64,000 nucleotides of DNA, taken from the NCBI RefSeq assembly GCF_009914755.1, contig NC_060928.1; one strand, written 5' to 3'. Both the position numbers and the translations under genes were made by a program. The stretch comes from the human T2T-CHM13v2.0 reference genome, Homo sapiens. Of this stretch, positions 12,114-24,018 are shown one piece after another (position 1 is the first letter of the stretch; the number at the start of each line of letters is the position of its first letter). Below the pieces are notes generated by a model. The model was not told the origin of the DNA. It saw only the letters and a list, made by a program, of their open reading frames with translations, and made no database searches.

Positions 12114-12909
12114 TGTGAAAGTTGCAGATACCATGATAAAATCACTTTTGTCACACCCAGACAAAATAGATCCAGAAGGGGAAGGACTGCAAGAGAGGAG
12201 GCTCATGAACATGTCTGAGATAAGAATGGTTTCCAAGGACTTTTTAAAAATGTTTTAACATCCTTCACACATATCCTATTTTGATAAGGTCTATCACTAG
12301 ACATTCATTAGGACTGTAGTAATTCAGATAAGATGTTCTTGAAAGAACCCTTGCTCAGTAACAGCGTCTCCACTAAAGAATTGACAACTCTGACTTTGAG
12401 CCTCCGGAACCAATGAACTCTTTCTAAGCAGCTTATGAAAATCTCGTTTTGCAAAGAAAAGCTCCCCTTATCCTTCCCTCGCTGAGTGTACTGGCGGCAT
12501 CTGCCATTCTCTGCATTCTAGTTCATAATCTTTTTTGTTTTTTTTTTTCTAAAGATGGTTCTTGACCTGTTGCCCAGGATGGAATGCAGTAGCTCTACCA
12601 TAGCTCACCACAGCCTCAAACTCCTGGGCTCAAGTGATGCCTCTGCCTCAGCTTAGCCTCCTGTGTAGCTAGAACTAGAGGCGTGTCCTACTACACCTGG
12701 ATAATTGTTTTTTCTGTGTGTGTTTTTTACTTACTTTGTTAGAGACAGGGTCTTGGACTCCTGGGCTGAAGTGATTCTCTTACCTTGGCCTCCAAAATCA
12801 TAGGGATTAAGCTGTGAATCAGCACACTTTATAATCCTTATTTCTTATTTCTGAGTAAGCCCAACATATTTAGAGATAATTTTATCTAGTGTCCTTTTTT
12901 AGATTGATA
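12114..12909 (+). mobile_element. 3' LTR of the provirus (MER4-group; MER49/MER72/LTR56-like), split by an AluJ
   Basis: Starts 'tgtgaaagttgcagatacc'; ends 'ttttttagattgata' (decayed ...GGTTGACA). Confidence 0.75.
12531..12828 (-). mobile_element. AluJ
   Basis: Diverged dimeric Alu with 'cctcaaactcctgggctcaagtgat'; flanked by ATAATC repeats. Confidence 0.88.
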
Positions 12910-12914
12910 CGTTA

Positions 12915-13175
12915 GGAACTAGAAATGTGACAAAGACATTGCTGCTTACAGGAAAGATCATCCAGAGCAGAGGAAGTGCAGATAAAGATAATCTGATATT
13001 TTTTTTTCCTCCCACCCCCAGTCTCCTATTAGAACCTTCCATTGATTGAACCTCAATCTAATGTCAGCTACAAAGGATCCCTAGTGATACCATCCATAGG
13101 GATCAACCTCTCTGGATGCAAATTAAAGGTTAAACATGCAGATTATGAATCTAGAATGGAGAAGAAAGGCTAAGC
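12915..13175 (-). mobile_element. LTR33-like ERVL LTR fragment
   Basis: 'cttccattgattgaacctcaatc...gatccctagtgataccatccatagggatcaacctc' resembles LTR33. Confidence 0.5.
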
Positions 13176-13849
13176 CAAATGATGAAAACTTGTATGCTTG
13201 GCAAAACCACAATCCTAGTAAATCCAACTCTCCTCCCACTCCACACCTGCATAATGCATCTAAATTTTGCTGGAGGAAAACCTGAAAATCACAATGATTA
13301 GAGCATATAAATTTATAATGACTAACTTCAACTAAGCCTTTATGGATGATGGGAAACACAATGTACTATTTTTAATCCATTAGCTCTCTTGTACTTCCAG
13401 GAGTCTTTTTCCAGACCCTTCTTGTTAAATGTTTAACACCTCTTCTTCCATCTTAACTCTTTTCTGATGAATTTGCTTCATACTTTAGTGAAAAAGATTA
13501 TAGTAATCAGAAAAGAATGTCTACAGAGTTCCACCACATCAATCTATCTTTCAGTATCTGCAACCACCTACTGTGCTTTTCACCTTAGCTTGGGTGAAAT
13601 GTCATGCCCCTGTCTATAGTCAGTCTTTCTACTTTGGAGTTAGGTCTTATCTGATCTTCTTTGGGGTTAGGTCTTTTCTGATCTTATCTACTCAAAACTT
13701 TTCCTTCAGAAATTCTTTCTATTCCATTTTACATTGTCAACACTTACTTCCTAAAAGATCATTACTACCAGCATATAAAAATGCTATGTTTCTTCAATAG
13801 TTATGTGACATTTCAGCAGCGTTTGACCTATTTAACCACTCATTCCATG

Positions 13850-14457
13850 TGTAATAATGAATTTGGACTTGCCCAAAGAGAAGTCTAGCCTTTTGCCCTT
13901 GCTAGGGCAAGAGATAACCTCTGAGAGCCTGAAATTTCCTGAGTGATGGGGGTGTCTTTATTATTGATCATGGGCATCTAGAACTGCACCTAATAATTTA
14001 TGATAAAAAAGTGATTTATAGTGGGCCTTGTTATCAGCTCAATTTCTAGGGATTTAGGGCTAGAAAATAGGTTCCCCAAGTAGACAATCATATAATCAGT
14101 CATTCCTACAAAATGAAGGAATGACTGAGGTTTGGTGAGCTTCCCTGCTTGTAAATACACTGTGCATATCGTCATGCATCAATTCCAGAGAGTAATGTGC
14201 CCTAATGACAATAAAAACTATGCTTGGAACCTTTCCAGATTCTGCCTTATGCATCTTCCTTTGGCTGGTTTTAATGTATATTGTCCCTGTAACAAAACAT
14301 GACAATGAATATAACAGCTTTCAGAGAGTACTGTGAGTACTCCTAGAGAACTGTCATACTTAAAGGGATTTGGGGAACCCCCCGCACTTAACAGTTCGTT
14401 TCCTGAGTGAGGATAGTTTTGAAGGATTATGCCTCCAGATTTTGCAGTTTGGCTACA
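13850..14457 (+). mobile_element. MER77/MER21-group solo LTR
   Basis: 'tgtaataatgaatttggacttgcccaaagagaagtctagcc...tttgcagtttggctaca'; interrupts the L2. Confidence 0.75.
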
Positions 14458-14711
14458 TCAAGGAACTCCTCTTTAATAAACCTCTTTTCATTTCATATTC
14501 AGGACACCACACTAATAGTTTTCCTCCTACTTCATTGATCACTCCATCATAGCCTCCTGTCAGGTTTTCTTCTCTTCTCCTTTATATTTTAATATTGTAG
14601 TATTCTAGGGCTAATTCCTTTATTCCCCTTTTCTTTTTCCTATCTGTAGTAACTCCTGCATGATCTCATCCAGTCTTAAGGACTTAAATATCATCTATTT
14701 GCCAAACACCA

Positions 14712-14806
14712 AATATATATATATCAGATATATATATATCAAATATATCTGATATGTATATTTTATATATATATTTATATATATATATATAAATATATAT
14801 ATATAT
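14712..14806. repeat. (TA)n-rich palindromic microsatellite
   Basis: Interrupted TA runs. Confidence 0.95.
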
Positions 14807-14942
14807 CTCCAGTCTGTCCTCTCTCCTCAAATTCAAATAAGCATATCCAATAGTTTAACTAACACATCCACCTGGACATCTAACAGATTTCTAAAACCTA
14901 GCATATCCATATGAGCATTATCTCTTCTTTCTCGTTTATACC

Positions 14943-15817
14943 AGTTGGGACTCAGAAAATGCTACCCTGAAGTATTTTAAGCCAAGGAAGATGAGGAGGG
15001 CCTCAGAAGCAAGAAGGTTTACTCTCACTTTTCCCCACCTTTCTGAATGAGAGCTGGCCATAAGGAAATTCTGTGACCTATCTTGTCTAAAAGTAGGTAA
15101 TAAGACCCTCATTACAGAAAGGTCATGCCCTATACTTGGGGCAAAAAAAATATTACACAGGCAGACCAAAAAGTATCTGAATATAAAGGCCTTCCTGGGC
15201 TTCCCCACTCAGCCTATTACTAGTAGATTATACATTTTGTCAGTCACATTTCTACATGACCGCATTAGTTTGTTTTCATGCTGCTATAAAAAGAAACTGC
15301 CTGAGACTGGGTAATTTTTAAAGGAAGAGGTTTAATTGACTCACTGTTCCCCATGCCTGGGGAAGCCTCAGGAAACAATCATGGCGGAAGGCAAAGGGGA
15401 AGCAAGGCACCTCTTACGTGGCGGAAGGAGAGAGAAAGCAAGAAAAGGGAAGCGCTAGACACTTATCAAACAACCAGATCTTGTGAGAACCCACAGCAAG
15501 TGGAAAATCTGTCCCCATGATGCAATCACCTCCCACCAGGACCCTCCCTCCACACATGGGGATTACAATTTGAGATGAGATTTGGGTGGGGATACAGAAC
15601 AAAACCAAACCATATCAATGACTGTTTATTATTCATGGAATTTAAGCATAAAATAGTTTTCTCAGGCTTTTCACTTCTGAAGTCTTCTATGTCACATAAA
15701 ACTTTAGTTAAATAAACTTATTATTTTCTCTTATTAACCTGTTTTTTTATTACAGTAATTTTGGCCGTGAGTTTTATGATGGGTGAACAAAAAGTATAAC
15801 CCCTTTCCACTCCTACT
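14943..15817 (+). mobile_element. MER39-type solo LTR, split by MST
   Basis: 'gttgggactcagaaaatgctaccc...ggcctcagaagcaag...taagaccctcatt'; AATAAA at about 15712; ends 'ccactcctac'. Confidence 0.78.
15261..15617 (-). mobile_element. MSTA-like solo LTR
   Basis: Ends 'ccaaaccatatca'; perfect 5-bp TSD ATGAC at 15256-15260 and 15618-15622. Confidence 0.92.
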
Positions 15818-16454
15818 TATCCCAGTGCCCAAGCTGTTACTCATGATATTCTTCATCTAAGTGAAACACAAGTCAATATTAAGTTACTCAGGCAACAAGT
15901 CTTGAGGTTACACTCATATTTTCTCATTTTTTTTTTAAATGTGAAAACTATGACCTCTACCATCAAAGTATATTTAGAACCTGATGTTTTGCACTACTTC
16001 CAGTTCTACCAACTTATCCTCTCTTTCCTGGATTACTGTAGAACTTTAACTGGTGCCGTTGCTGCTTTTCTTGACTGCGTATAACCTAATCTTTAGATCG
16101 CAGCCAGGAAGTTTCTTTTGAAAGACAAATTGGATTCTGCCCTTTCTCTACTCAAAACCCACTGGTGGTCTCTCCTTTCACATAGGGGAAATCAAAGTCT
16201 TTGCAAAGACCAACAAGTGCCTACATAATATGCCTTATTATTTGCTTTCAAATCTCATCAGCTACTCATACTGCCGCAGTCATGCTGTCTTCCTTGTTGT
16301 AAGGCTCAATGAACAGGATAGATCTACTTCACCTTTGCTCCTTTGCGTTGACAGGGACAGTCTTCTCCCTGATGTTCAGAAAACTAATTCCATTTGTCTG
16401 CTTAAAGTCTTTCTTCAAATGTCAACTTTTTATAAATATATAATATTTTCAATC

Positions 16455-16801
<347 letters not shown>

Positions 16802-17024
16802 AAATGTTTTTTAAAAAATTCAATATTAGGAGCATTATCTCCTAATGCTCCTAATATCTCTCATCAATAATTATACTTTCTACATTTTTCCAAAGCATTC
16901 ATCACCTACCGCAATATTATGTAACTTACTTATATTTATAGTTTATTGTCTGTGTCTCCTTGTCCAGTTAGCTTTTGGTCAATTCCATGCATAAACATAA
17001 CCAAAGCCAACAGACTTATATTGC

Positions 17025-17598
17025 TGGGGGGCAGAAGAGGGAACGTAACATACATTCTCATCCATTACTGGGTTTATAAATGAGGCCCCTATAGTAAAAG
17101 AGTAACAAGAGTTAAAGTATATAATTTTATTGAATATAACATTTTTAATATGTAACAGCCTTCAGAAAAAAAGACTCAAAGAAACAGAAAAAATGTATAT
17201 TTTTATGCTAAGTTTAATGAATGAATAGAAAATATTTTGTGGAAAAATATGATTGAAAGACAAAAATTGTTTGACTAAATGACAATAAAGTGGAAATATT
17301 TATTTATCCTCTGGTAATAAACAGGGAACTTAACAATGCCTGTTGGATCAGATTCTTCTTGGCATCTTTGTGTCTTTTCTCCAGAAGAGAAAAAGTATAT
17401 TACTTTTCCCCAAAAATAGGAAAAAACACTTCTAAAATGAAGGTCTTATGACCTACTTTAGAGGAAAGTCAGCTGTGTTTTAAGGCATACTTCAGCAGAA
17501 AAGGATCAAGGGGAAGGTGAAAGTGATATTTCTGCTTCTGCTGTTTTCTCAAATGGCAAGATACCATATTTAGAGGTGGTGTGTTTTGAACCCCACCA
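17025..17598 (-). mobile_element. MER34-family solo LTR
   Basis: Reverse strand starts TGGTGGGGTTCAAAACACACCACCTCTAAATATGGTATCTTGCCATTTGAGAAAACAGCAGAAGCAG; TSD ttgc/ttgt. Confidence 0.8.
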
Positions 17599-18044
17599 TT
17601 GTAATGTCACAAGCAGGAAAATTCAAGTCTATTACCTACTGTTCTCTATCTTAGAACACCTGTTTCTACCATCTCAATGAAAATTTGAATGGGAAGGCAA
17701 TATCAGTTAACTATCCAATTTCTGACATCAGGTTTTGGCTTTTTTTCCTTTCCTTTTTCTTTGACAATCCTGTAAGTTTTCAAATTATAAAAAACAAAAC
17801 AAAAACAACAACAAAAACTGCACTGCAAGATGCAGGTAAAGAGTACCTTCTTTAGAAAATCTAAATTCATTTTCATCTATTTCTGCATATTGATATATCC
17901 TTGCCTAATTTTATCTTTCTCTTATGGGAATTTGCTTTAAAAAAATCAAGAAGACAATAGCAAATTTCAACATTTTTCTTTTTTTCTAGCATTTGCATTA
18001 GTGTTCTAGTTTTGTTTGCATTTGGTTTGCCCTACTAGGCTAGC

Positions 18045-18463
18045 AGATATGATAGTATTTACTGCAATTACATCAACATTTGTGGTTTCTTCCCTTTCCA
18101 GTACATGTATACAAGGATTGCATATCTCTCCCATTGCCTCCTGACAACCTGTAGCAGTTAAGCATAATCATGTAGTTTTCTGTTTTTAATAAAAGTTATA
18201 TATTTGATTTAAGCAACCTATGGGTAGGAAATCTTGGAGTAGTTTCAATTTCTCCTTTTCTGCACTGAATTAAGATAGGATTGCCCAAGATCTATTTAGT
18301 GTGAAATGTGGACAGCAAACTGCTTAGGCTCACATGTAAACTTTGACTGACAAAAAAAAAAAAAATACATAGATAAATAAATAACACCTTTTATTGTATT
18401 GAGCCACGGGGATTTTGGGATTTTTGTTCCTGTAACATAACTTATCCTATTTAGAATTGATCA
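18045..18463 (+). mobile_element. Old MLT1 (I/J-like) LTR
   Basis: 3' end 'ttattgtattgagccacggggattttgggatttttgttcctgtaacataacttatcct' is MLT1-like. Confidence 0.55.
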
Positions 18464-18543
18464 GATGTAAAACAAGGTACTTATTTCAATTACTCTGCTA
18501 GCTATGATTAGGTTCTATCACATGTGAAAAAAAACCACCAGAC

Positions 18544-18622
18544 AATAATAAATCTAAAAATATAGAAACTCTAAAAAGATAGAAACTCTAAAAAGATAGA
18601 AATAATAACTCTAAAAAGATAG
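18544..18622. repeat. 17-bp minisatellite AAACTCTAAAAAGATAG, about 4 copies
   Basis: Two perfect and two variant units. Confidence 0.9.
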
Positions 18623-18749
18623 ATAAGTGATACCTAGAAGGTAGCCCAAATCTTGTATTAAGGTTTTATAGTATAGATATATAGGCTTTTTCAATATTCT
18701 CTGGCTCTATTATCTTTATTACTAGGATATCTTCTATAAGCCCAAGTAT

Positions 18750-18885
18750 AGAGTGACAATAAGTATTGGTTTTCCCAGGACATTTCCATTGTATACTTAT
18801 TGCTTTGGGTTAACAGTTTTTTTAAAAAATTTCCTTTCACTCTCTAATGGGTTCCAGACTGAGTGACAAATTATATGATCATTCT
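18750..18885 (-). mobile_element. MER94 (hAT-Blackjack MITE)
   Basis: About 135 bp with decayed TIRs 'agagtgacaata' and 'tatgatcattct'; internal 'tttcccaggaca' and 'cctttcactctc'. Confidence 0.7.
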
Positions 18886-19434
18886 TGACAAAAATTTTCT
18901 TCTTGTTCAAACTCTAGTCAGGCTCCTCTGACACTTTTCTCAAGCCTTGAATTTTAGGCTGCTGTGTCCACCTCTGCATTGTCTAATTTCAGCAAAAATC
19001 CTGCTAAGCCAGTTTATCCAGAAGGCCCCATCTTTCATATTTGATACACTAAATATCTGATTGGGCTCTTTATCCTCCACTATTCTCCAGATGATGTCTA
19101 ATCACTCTAGTCTACCTTTAGCAAGAATCCTGTTAAGTCAGTTTAGACAAAAGCCCCATTACCTTTGATGTCTTTTCTTGGTAATTTTTTATCCACTGAC
19201 CCCCAACTTGAACCTTAGCTACAAATTCCCACTTTTTCTTCAATTCAGAGTTTACCCCAATCTCTCTATCCTACTAAAAGCCTCATGCTAGTAGCCCCTC
19301 CTTGTTCAAATATGTGCTTTTGTTTGCATTTGGTTTGCCCTACTAGGCTAACAAATGTGATAGTATTTACTACAATTACATCAACATTTTACAAAATTTT
19401 ACATGTGCCATGAATAATTTCTTTTAATTTAACA
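18886..19434 (+). mobile_element. MER31-type solo LTR carrying a foreign 72-bp insert
   Basis: 'tgacaaaaattttcttcttgttcaaactctagtcaggctcctctga...gaataatttcttttaatttaaca'. Confidence 0.82.
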
Positions 19435-19494
19435 CTCCATCTATAATAGAAGTTTAAACTCCTATTGTCACTTCTGAATTCAGATAGAATTCAG

Positions 19495-19993
19495 TAGGTT
19501 AGGAGGATGAGAGATGCCTGAATTCTAAGACATAGGTGGAGTTAACAAATTGCCAGCCATTATTCCAGAAGTCACAAGATTTGCAACTTACCCAATTCAC
19601 TATTGTAGAAACTAAAGTTGTCCTTGTGAGATGTCTTTTCCAGAGTTTGCATATCTAATGACCAACTGGCTCTACTTGGACGCTTAACTCCGGGCTCAAC
19701 AGGTCCTGTGACCCTACTCCAAAGCCAACTCAGTGCTTGAAGACCATTTTCCACACCCCTATAATTGCATCCCCGGCCAAACAGCAACACCCATTCCCCT
19801 AACCACCTGCCCAGCAAACTATTCTTGAAAAACCCCAGCCTCTGAATTTTCAGGGAGATTGATTTGAGTAGTAACTGTCTCCCACGTGGCATGGCTGGTC
19901 TCATATCAATTAGATTCTTCATTGCAATGTTGTGGTCTCAGTGAATTGGTTTTGACTGTGCAGTGGGTAGGAAGAAATCACCAGGCAACTACA
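19495..19993 (+). mobile_element. LTR8A/B-like LTR, 5'-truncated
   Basis: 'ccagccattattccagaagtcacaagatttgcaactt...gtgcagtgggtaggaagaaatcaccaggcaactaca'. Confidence 0.8.
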
Positions 19994-20094
19994 AAATCTT
20001 TCCTTAAACTCTGTGTTTTTATTTAAAAAAACAGTCTTAGTATCACATTTTCAAATATTTGAACTAGTTAACAATTGCTGTAGTTTGAGTAGGA

Positions 20095-20360
20095 GGCAGA
20101 TCTTGTAATAAATAATTTGAAGTACTTACAGACAAGTTTTGGATTCAGATAGACAGCATGGTGTCTTTTATTTTTGTTCTGCCCTGTGTGACTTCTTCTT
20201 AAAGTATGTCTTTATCATATATCACCTCTCTAAGACTTGACTTTTCTTTGTGATTGAAAAAGAATTATTAATTAGGCCATGAAAAGATAAAAGGGTTAAG
20301 GTATATAAAGAATCTAGCATAGAATATATCTTTAATAAATATTTGCCATGATTATTATTA
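20095..20360 (+). mobile_element. MIR SINE
   Basis: Decayed core 'ttttggattcagatagac...ctgtgtgac...cacctctctaagactt' and 3' end 'aataaatatttgccatgattattatta'. Confidence 0.5.
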
Positions 20361-21961
20361 TATCAATGACCTAGATGCTGATCATTATAATTTATGCAAA
20401 TTCTATTAGAAAACATTCATAAACTCTTGAATATTATTTGAAAACTCACTGAAATAGCTTTGTCCTATTAAACAGACATATGAGGGCACTCACTTATGCA
20501 AGCAATGGCAATTAACCAAGCATTCCAATTCTGTTATAGAGTCCTACATCCTTCATCAGAAGTACTGGAGGAGGATATGCTCTCTTGATTTCTAAAAAAA
20601 GGCATTCATCCTATGCTTACTTCAGGAGATTGATTGGGTGTGGATGCTTCATTTCCCTTAGAAGAGATCAAATTAACAATTAACTCATTCATAGGTACAA
20701 GCAGCCTGAGCTTAAAGGAGTTTTATAAAGTCTTACCTGGTGAAAAATTACAAATCGCCATAATAACACACAATGTTAAATAAAGGGATTTCCCTGAATT
20801 CAGAAAAGCATAATTATAAGTATGTATTTTTAACAGAAATTAGAAAAGGCTTGTGGTTTTAAAAGTTTTAAAATTTGTTTTGAAAGTACATTGGCTTCTA
20901 CAGTATAATTGTAATATAAAATTAAATATATATGAAAAAATTGTCATTTTAGCTTAGTGTTGAAAGAAATCACAGCTTTTATTGTTATGTGATAATAAAA
21001 TTACATTGTAAGTTTTACTATCAGTCAAAACAAATTTCAAATTGAAAAACAAGAGAACGAGAAAAGCAAAAAGAGAAAGAAAGTAAGCTTCTAAAGTTGA
21101 TAAGAACTAACAAGTGAACTACTCTTCAATGAAATTTGGAGACAAAACTGTCTGCAGCTAAATCTTGATATTTAAATTATAACACAGAGTTAACTTTAAA
21201 TTGTAATTTTGGTTACATTCAGATCACATCATTTGCTATGTATTTACAAGATAAAATGATTATTTCAATTTAAAATACTCAAGTTGTCATTTATGTTAAC
21301 TTCATTAATTTTTTATTCCTCATAAGCATCCTGTATTGATTGTCCCCTTTATATGTTTAGATTTGTTTCTCCTAATCCTCACTCGGTGAAGTCCCTTCAG
21401 TCAATTAAATTTCTAACCCCATTTCTTTGCCAAGAGATTTCCCTCATTCTCTCACATAACTGGCATATTTTTCTCTTTGAGTTGTAAATCATTCTATATC
21501 CTTTCTCTCCTCTTAGTATTTTTATTTTGGGATTAATTATACTATTCTAATGATGCTTCCCTGATTTCTTAAGCCTTCAAAGTATTTGACATGTTATAAA
21601 GCTGTAAAACCAAATAACTTACTGCTGGCCTCTGCGGTATCTATTTCTCTAGGCTGAATAATGCTCTCAGTGGGATAAAAAGGTGAGCATTGAAGTAGGT
21701 CAGGGATTTCCTTACAAATAGTATCACCACTCTATTGCTTCACTATAGAAAATAACAAGAGCATGTTTTATCTGATTGTGAAGCCTTTGGTGTCTTGCTA
21801 CACTTTTAAGGCTGCAGGCCACAGTGGAATAGGTTGAATTAATCTCTTTAGGTTTAAGCTTATTTATCAAAAAGGAAGAAGGTTGTATGCTAAAGTCTTA
21901 GGTCAAGCCCTCTGCTTTCACCACTATCTTCTACCTTCATATAACTGAGATGTGACTTAAT

Positions 21962-22036
21962 AACATCTTTACACATTGAATAATGCTTTGCTCTGCCTTA
22001 TGATGGCAGAGCACAGCAAGACATTGTGTAAATGTT
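21962..22036. other. 75-nt imperfect inverted repeat (hairpin)
   Basis: Paired segments TGCTCTGCC/GGCAGAGCA, TGCT/AGCA, TTTACACA/TGTGTAAA and AACA/TGTT around a 7-nt loop, TTATGAT. Confidence 0.85.
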
Positions 22037-22253
22037 GAAAGATATAATATCATTAATCCGGGTATAAATCCAGCAGCAAGAGAGTAGAAATGTATAAGTA
22101 TATGGGGAATTTGCTGAAAAATAAGATAGATAATTTGTTCAGTTTTTATAATAAAGATACACACATCTATTTTGTATATATGTATATAATGAATATATGT
22201 ATTGAAAATAAATATAAATTCAGATTTTTAGGTAGAGCTATAATTCAGAACTC

Positions 22254-22539
22254 TTTTTTTTTGAGATGGAGTTTGGCTCTTGTTGCCTTGGGTGCAGTGG
22301 TGCCATCACAGCTCATTGCAACTTCCGCCTCCCGGGTTCCAGCGATTCTCCTGCCTCAGCCTCCTGAGTAGCTGGGATTACAGGCATGTGCCACCACGCA
22401 CGGCTAATTTTGTATTTTCAGTAGAGATGGGGTTTTTCCATGTTGGTCAGGCTGGTCTCAAACACCCGACCTCAGGTGATCTGCCTGCCTTGGCCTCCCA
22501 AAGTCCTGGGATTACAGACATGAGCCACTGTGCCTGGCC
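22254..22539 (-). mobile_element. AluSp-like
   Basis: Dimeric Alu with perfect 16-bp TSD ATAATTCAGAACTCTT at 22240-22255 and 22541-22556. Confidence 0.96.
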
Positions 22540-22994
22540 CATAATTCAGAACTCTTAGATGTAAGATACTGTCTAACCTAAATATATTTTAAAAATTATT
22601 AAATACTGTTAAATTATATGTTATCTCTCAGGTCCTTGGGTGAATTTCCATTTGTTCTCTTGGGTAGTTTGGTTCAGATGTCCTAAGTATAGGCAGTGGA
22701 AATGAATGGCATATTTGTCAGAGATCTGGTTGTTAATGATAACAAAAGTGGTTGTGGCCTCAGACAAATTTACAAAGTTATCAAGTTTTATTGTTGTAAA
22801 ACTACCATCTGTTAAGATTCTATCAAGAAAGGACATCCTCTCTCCTTTGTCCCCAAGGCCATCCCCAAATCATCTATTTCTTTGTGTTATTTCCTCCCCT
22901 CTTTCCACTTGTGACTTTCTGGAACCATTTATTTTAAACTCACTGCAGGTAGTTTCTATATGTAAAAGTAACAAATAAAAGATAATCTCTGCCT

Positions 22995-23156
22995 TAGAAA
23001 ACTAAGACTAATAATGTATATATTCAACAAGAATAATATCTTATCAATTTTTAAGCATAAAATGCTTTTGGGCAATAGAAAACTAAGACTAATAATGTAT
23101 ATATTCAACAAGAATGATATCTTATCAATTTTTAAGCATAAAATGCTTTTGGGTAA
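22995..23156. repeat. 81-bp tandem duplication
   Basis: 22995-23075 vs 23076-23156, 79/81 identical. Confidence 0.97.
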
Positions 23157-23519
23157 TAATTAGACTTGTTAAAATGATGTGTAAGAATCAGAAATTATTC
23201 ACAGAAAGATTGTCAGTTATAAAGATTATTTGGAATCAAGTATGAAGTTTCTTAATATGCAGCTTTTGGGGCCCAGCAAAGGGGGATAGGTGGAATCCCT
23301 TAATCAGCATGTTTAACAAGTAATATAGAGAATAATAATAATAAGTAACAACATTGAATGCTTATTAAGAAAGAATGGTACACTGGTTAATCTACTTACC
23401 ACCATTTCATAGACCCAGATTTAAGCTCTCATATTCATTGGGCAAGTATATTAGCTATGGGAGAAAAGAACCACGAGCTACAGATACCAGGCAGAACTTG
23501 CGGAAAGGTATTTTACCAG

Positions 23520-23840
23520 TAGACTGTTGTTAGAGTAATATGAAATAGCAGCCACCCCTAATCTCAGTGATTTATAACAGCAATGGTTTGTTCTCCTACG
23601 TATAGATTGGTCTCATCTGGCCAGCTCTGTTGGACTGCAGTGGCTGGAGCTCCACAGGACTTTATTTTAGGGGAAAGTCCGAAAGGAGAGCAGCTACTTG
23701 GGGTAAGCTCTTAAGTTTTCATAGCGATTGTCAGAGGCTCAAAAGATAAGGGTAACTATACCTTGCTGACAGGTAAGCTACCATAGTATTGACTAAGACA
23801 CTTGAAATGGCCAAGGTCAGTATTAGTAGAGTGGTGTATG
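23520..23840 (-). mobile_element. Old MLT1 (K/L-like) LTR fragment
   Basis: 'cccctaatctcagtgatttataacagcaatggtt' and 'gtattgactaagacacttgaaatggccaagg'. Confidence 0.5.
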
Positions 23841-24018
23841 TGTCAGATTTAGTCGGGAGACAGAATACATGCCAGTTATTCAAAAATAATTTCTTTAAAA
23901 GCTTGTTAATGAGGTATAAAGATGTTAGTTAGATAATAGAAAGTTACCACCCTTCTCCCTAAAGGAACAAAGAGAGGAGTTTCAAATAATCAAAATTTAT
24001 AAATGTAGATGTGGCTTA

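Larger units (their letters stand above)
4944..12909 (+). mobile_element. Defective class I ERV provirus (MER4/MER34-group), 5' LTR and PBS missing
   Basis: Collinear remnants of gag (CA, NC knuckle), pro (DTG), RT connection, RNase H (WFTDGS), integrase and env TM, then PPT and TG-initiated LTR. Confidence 0.88.

Noticed and set aside
18544-18622. Short repeat array as CRISPR-like
   Set aside because: Head-to-tail units without unique spacers, in eukaryotic DNA with no cas genes.
20737-20793. Possible 57-nt minus-strand exon (CAG|GTAAGA donor, TTCAG acceptor)
   Set aside because: Weak polypyrimidine tract, no recognisable peptide and no partner exons; it cannot be supported without RNA data.
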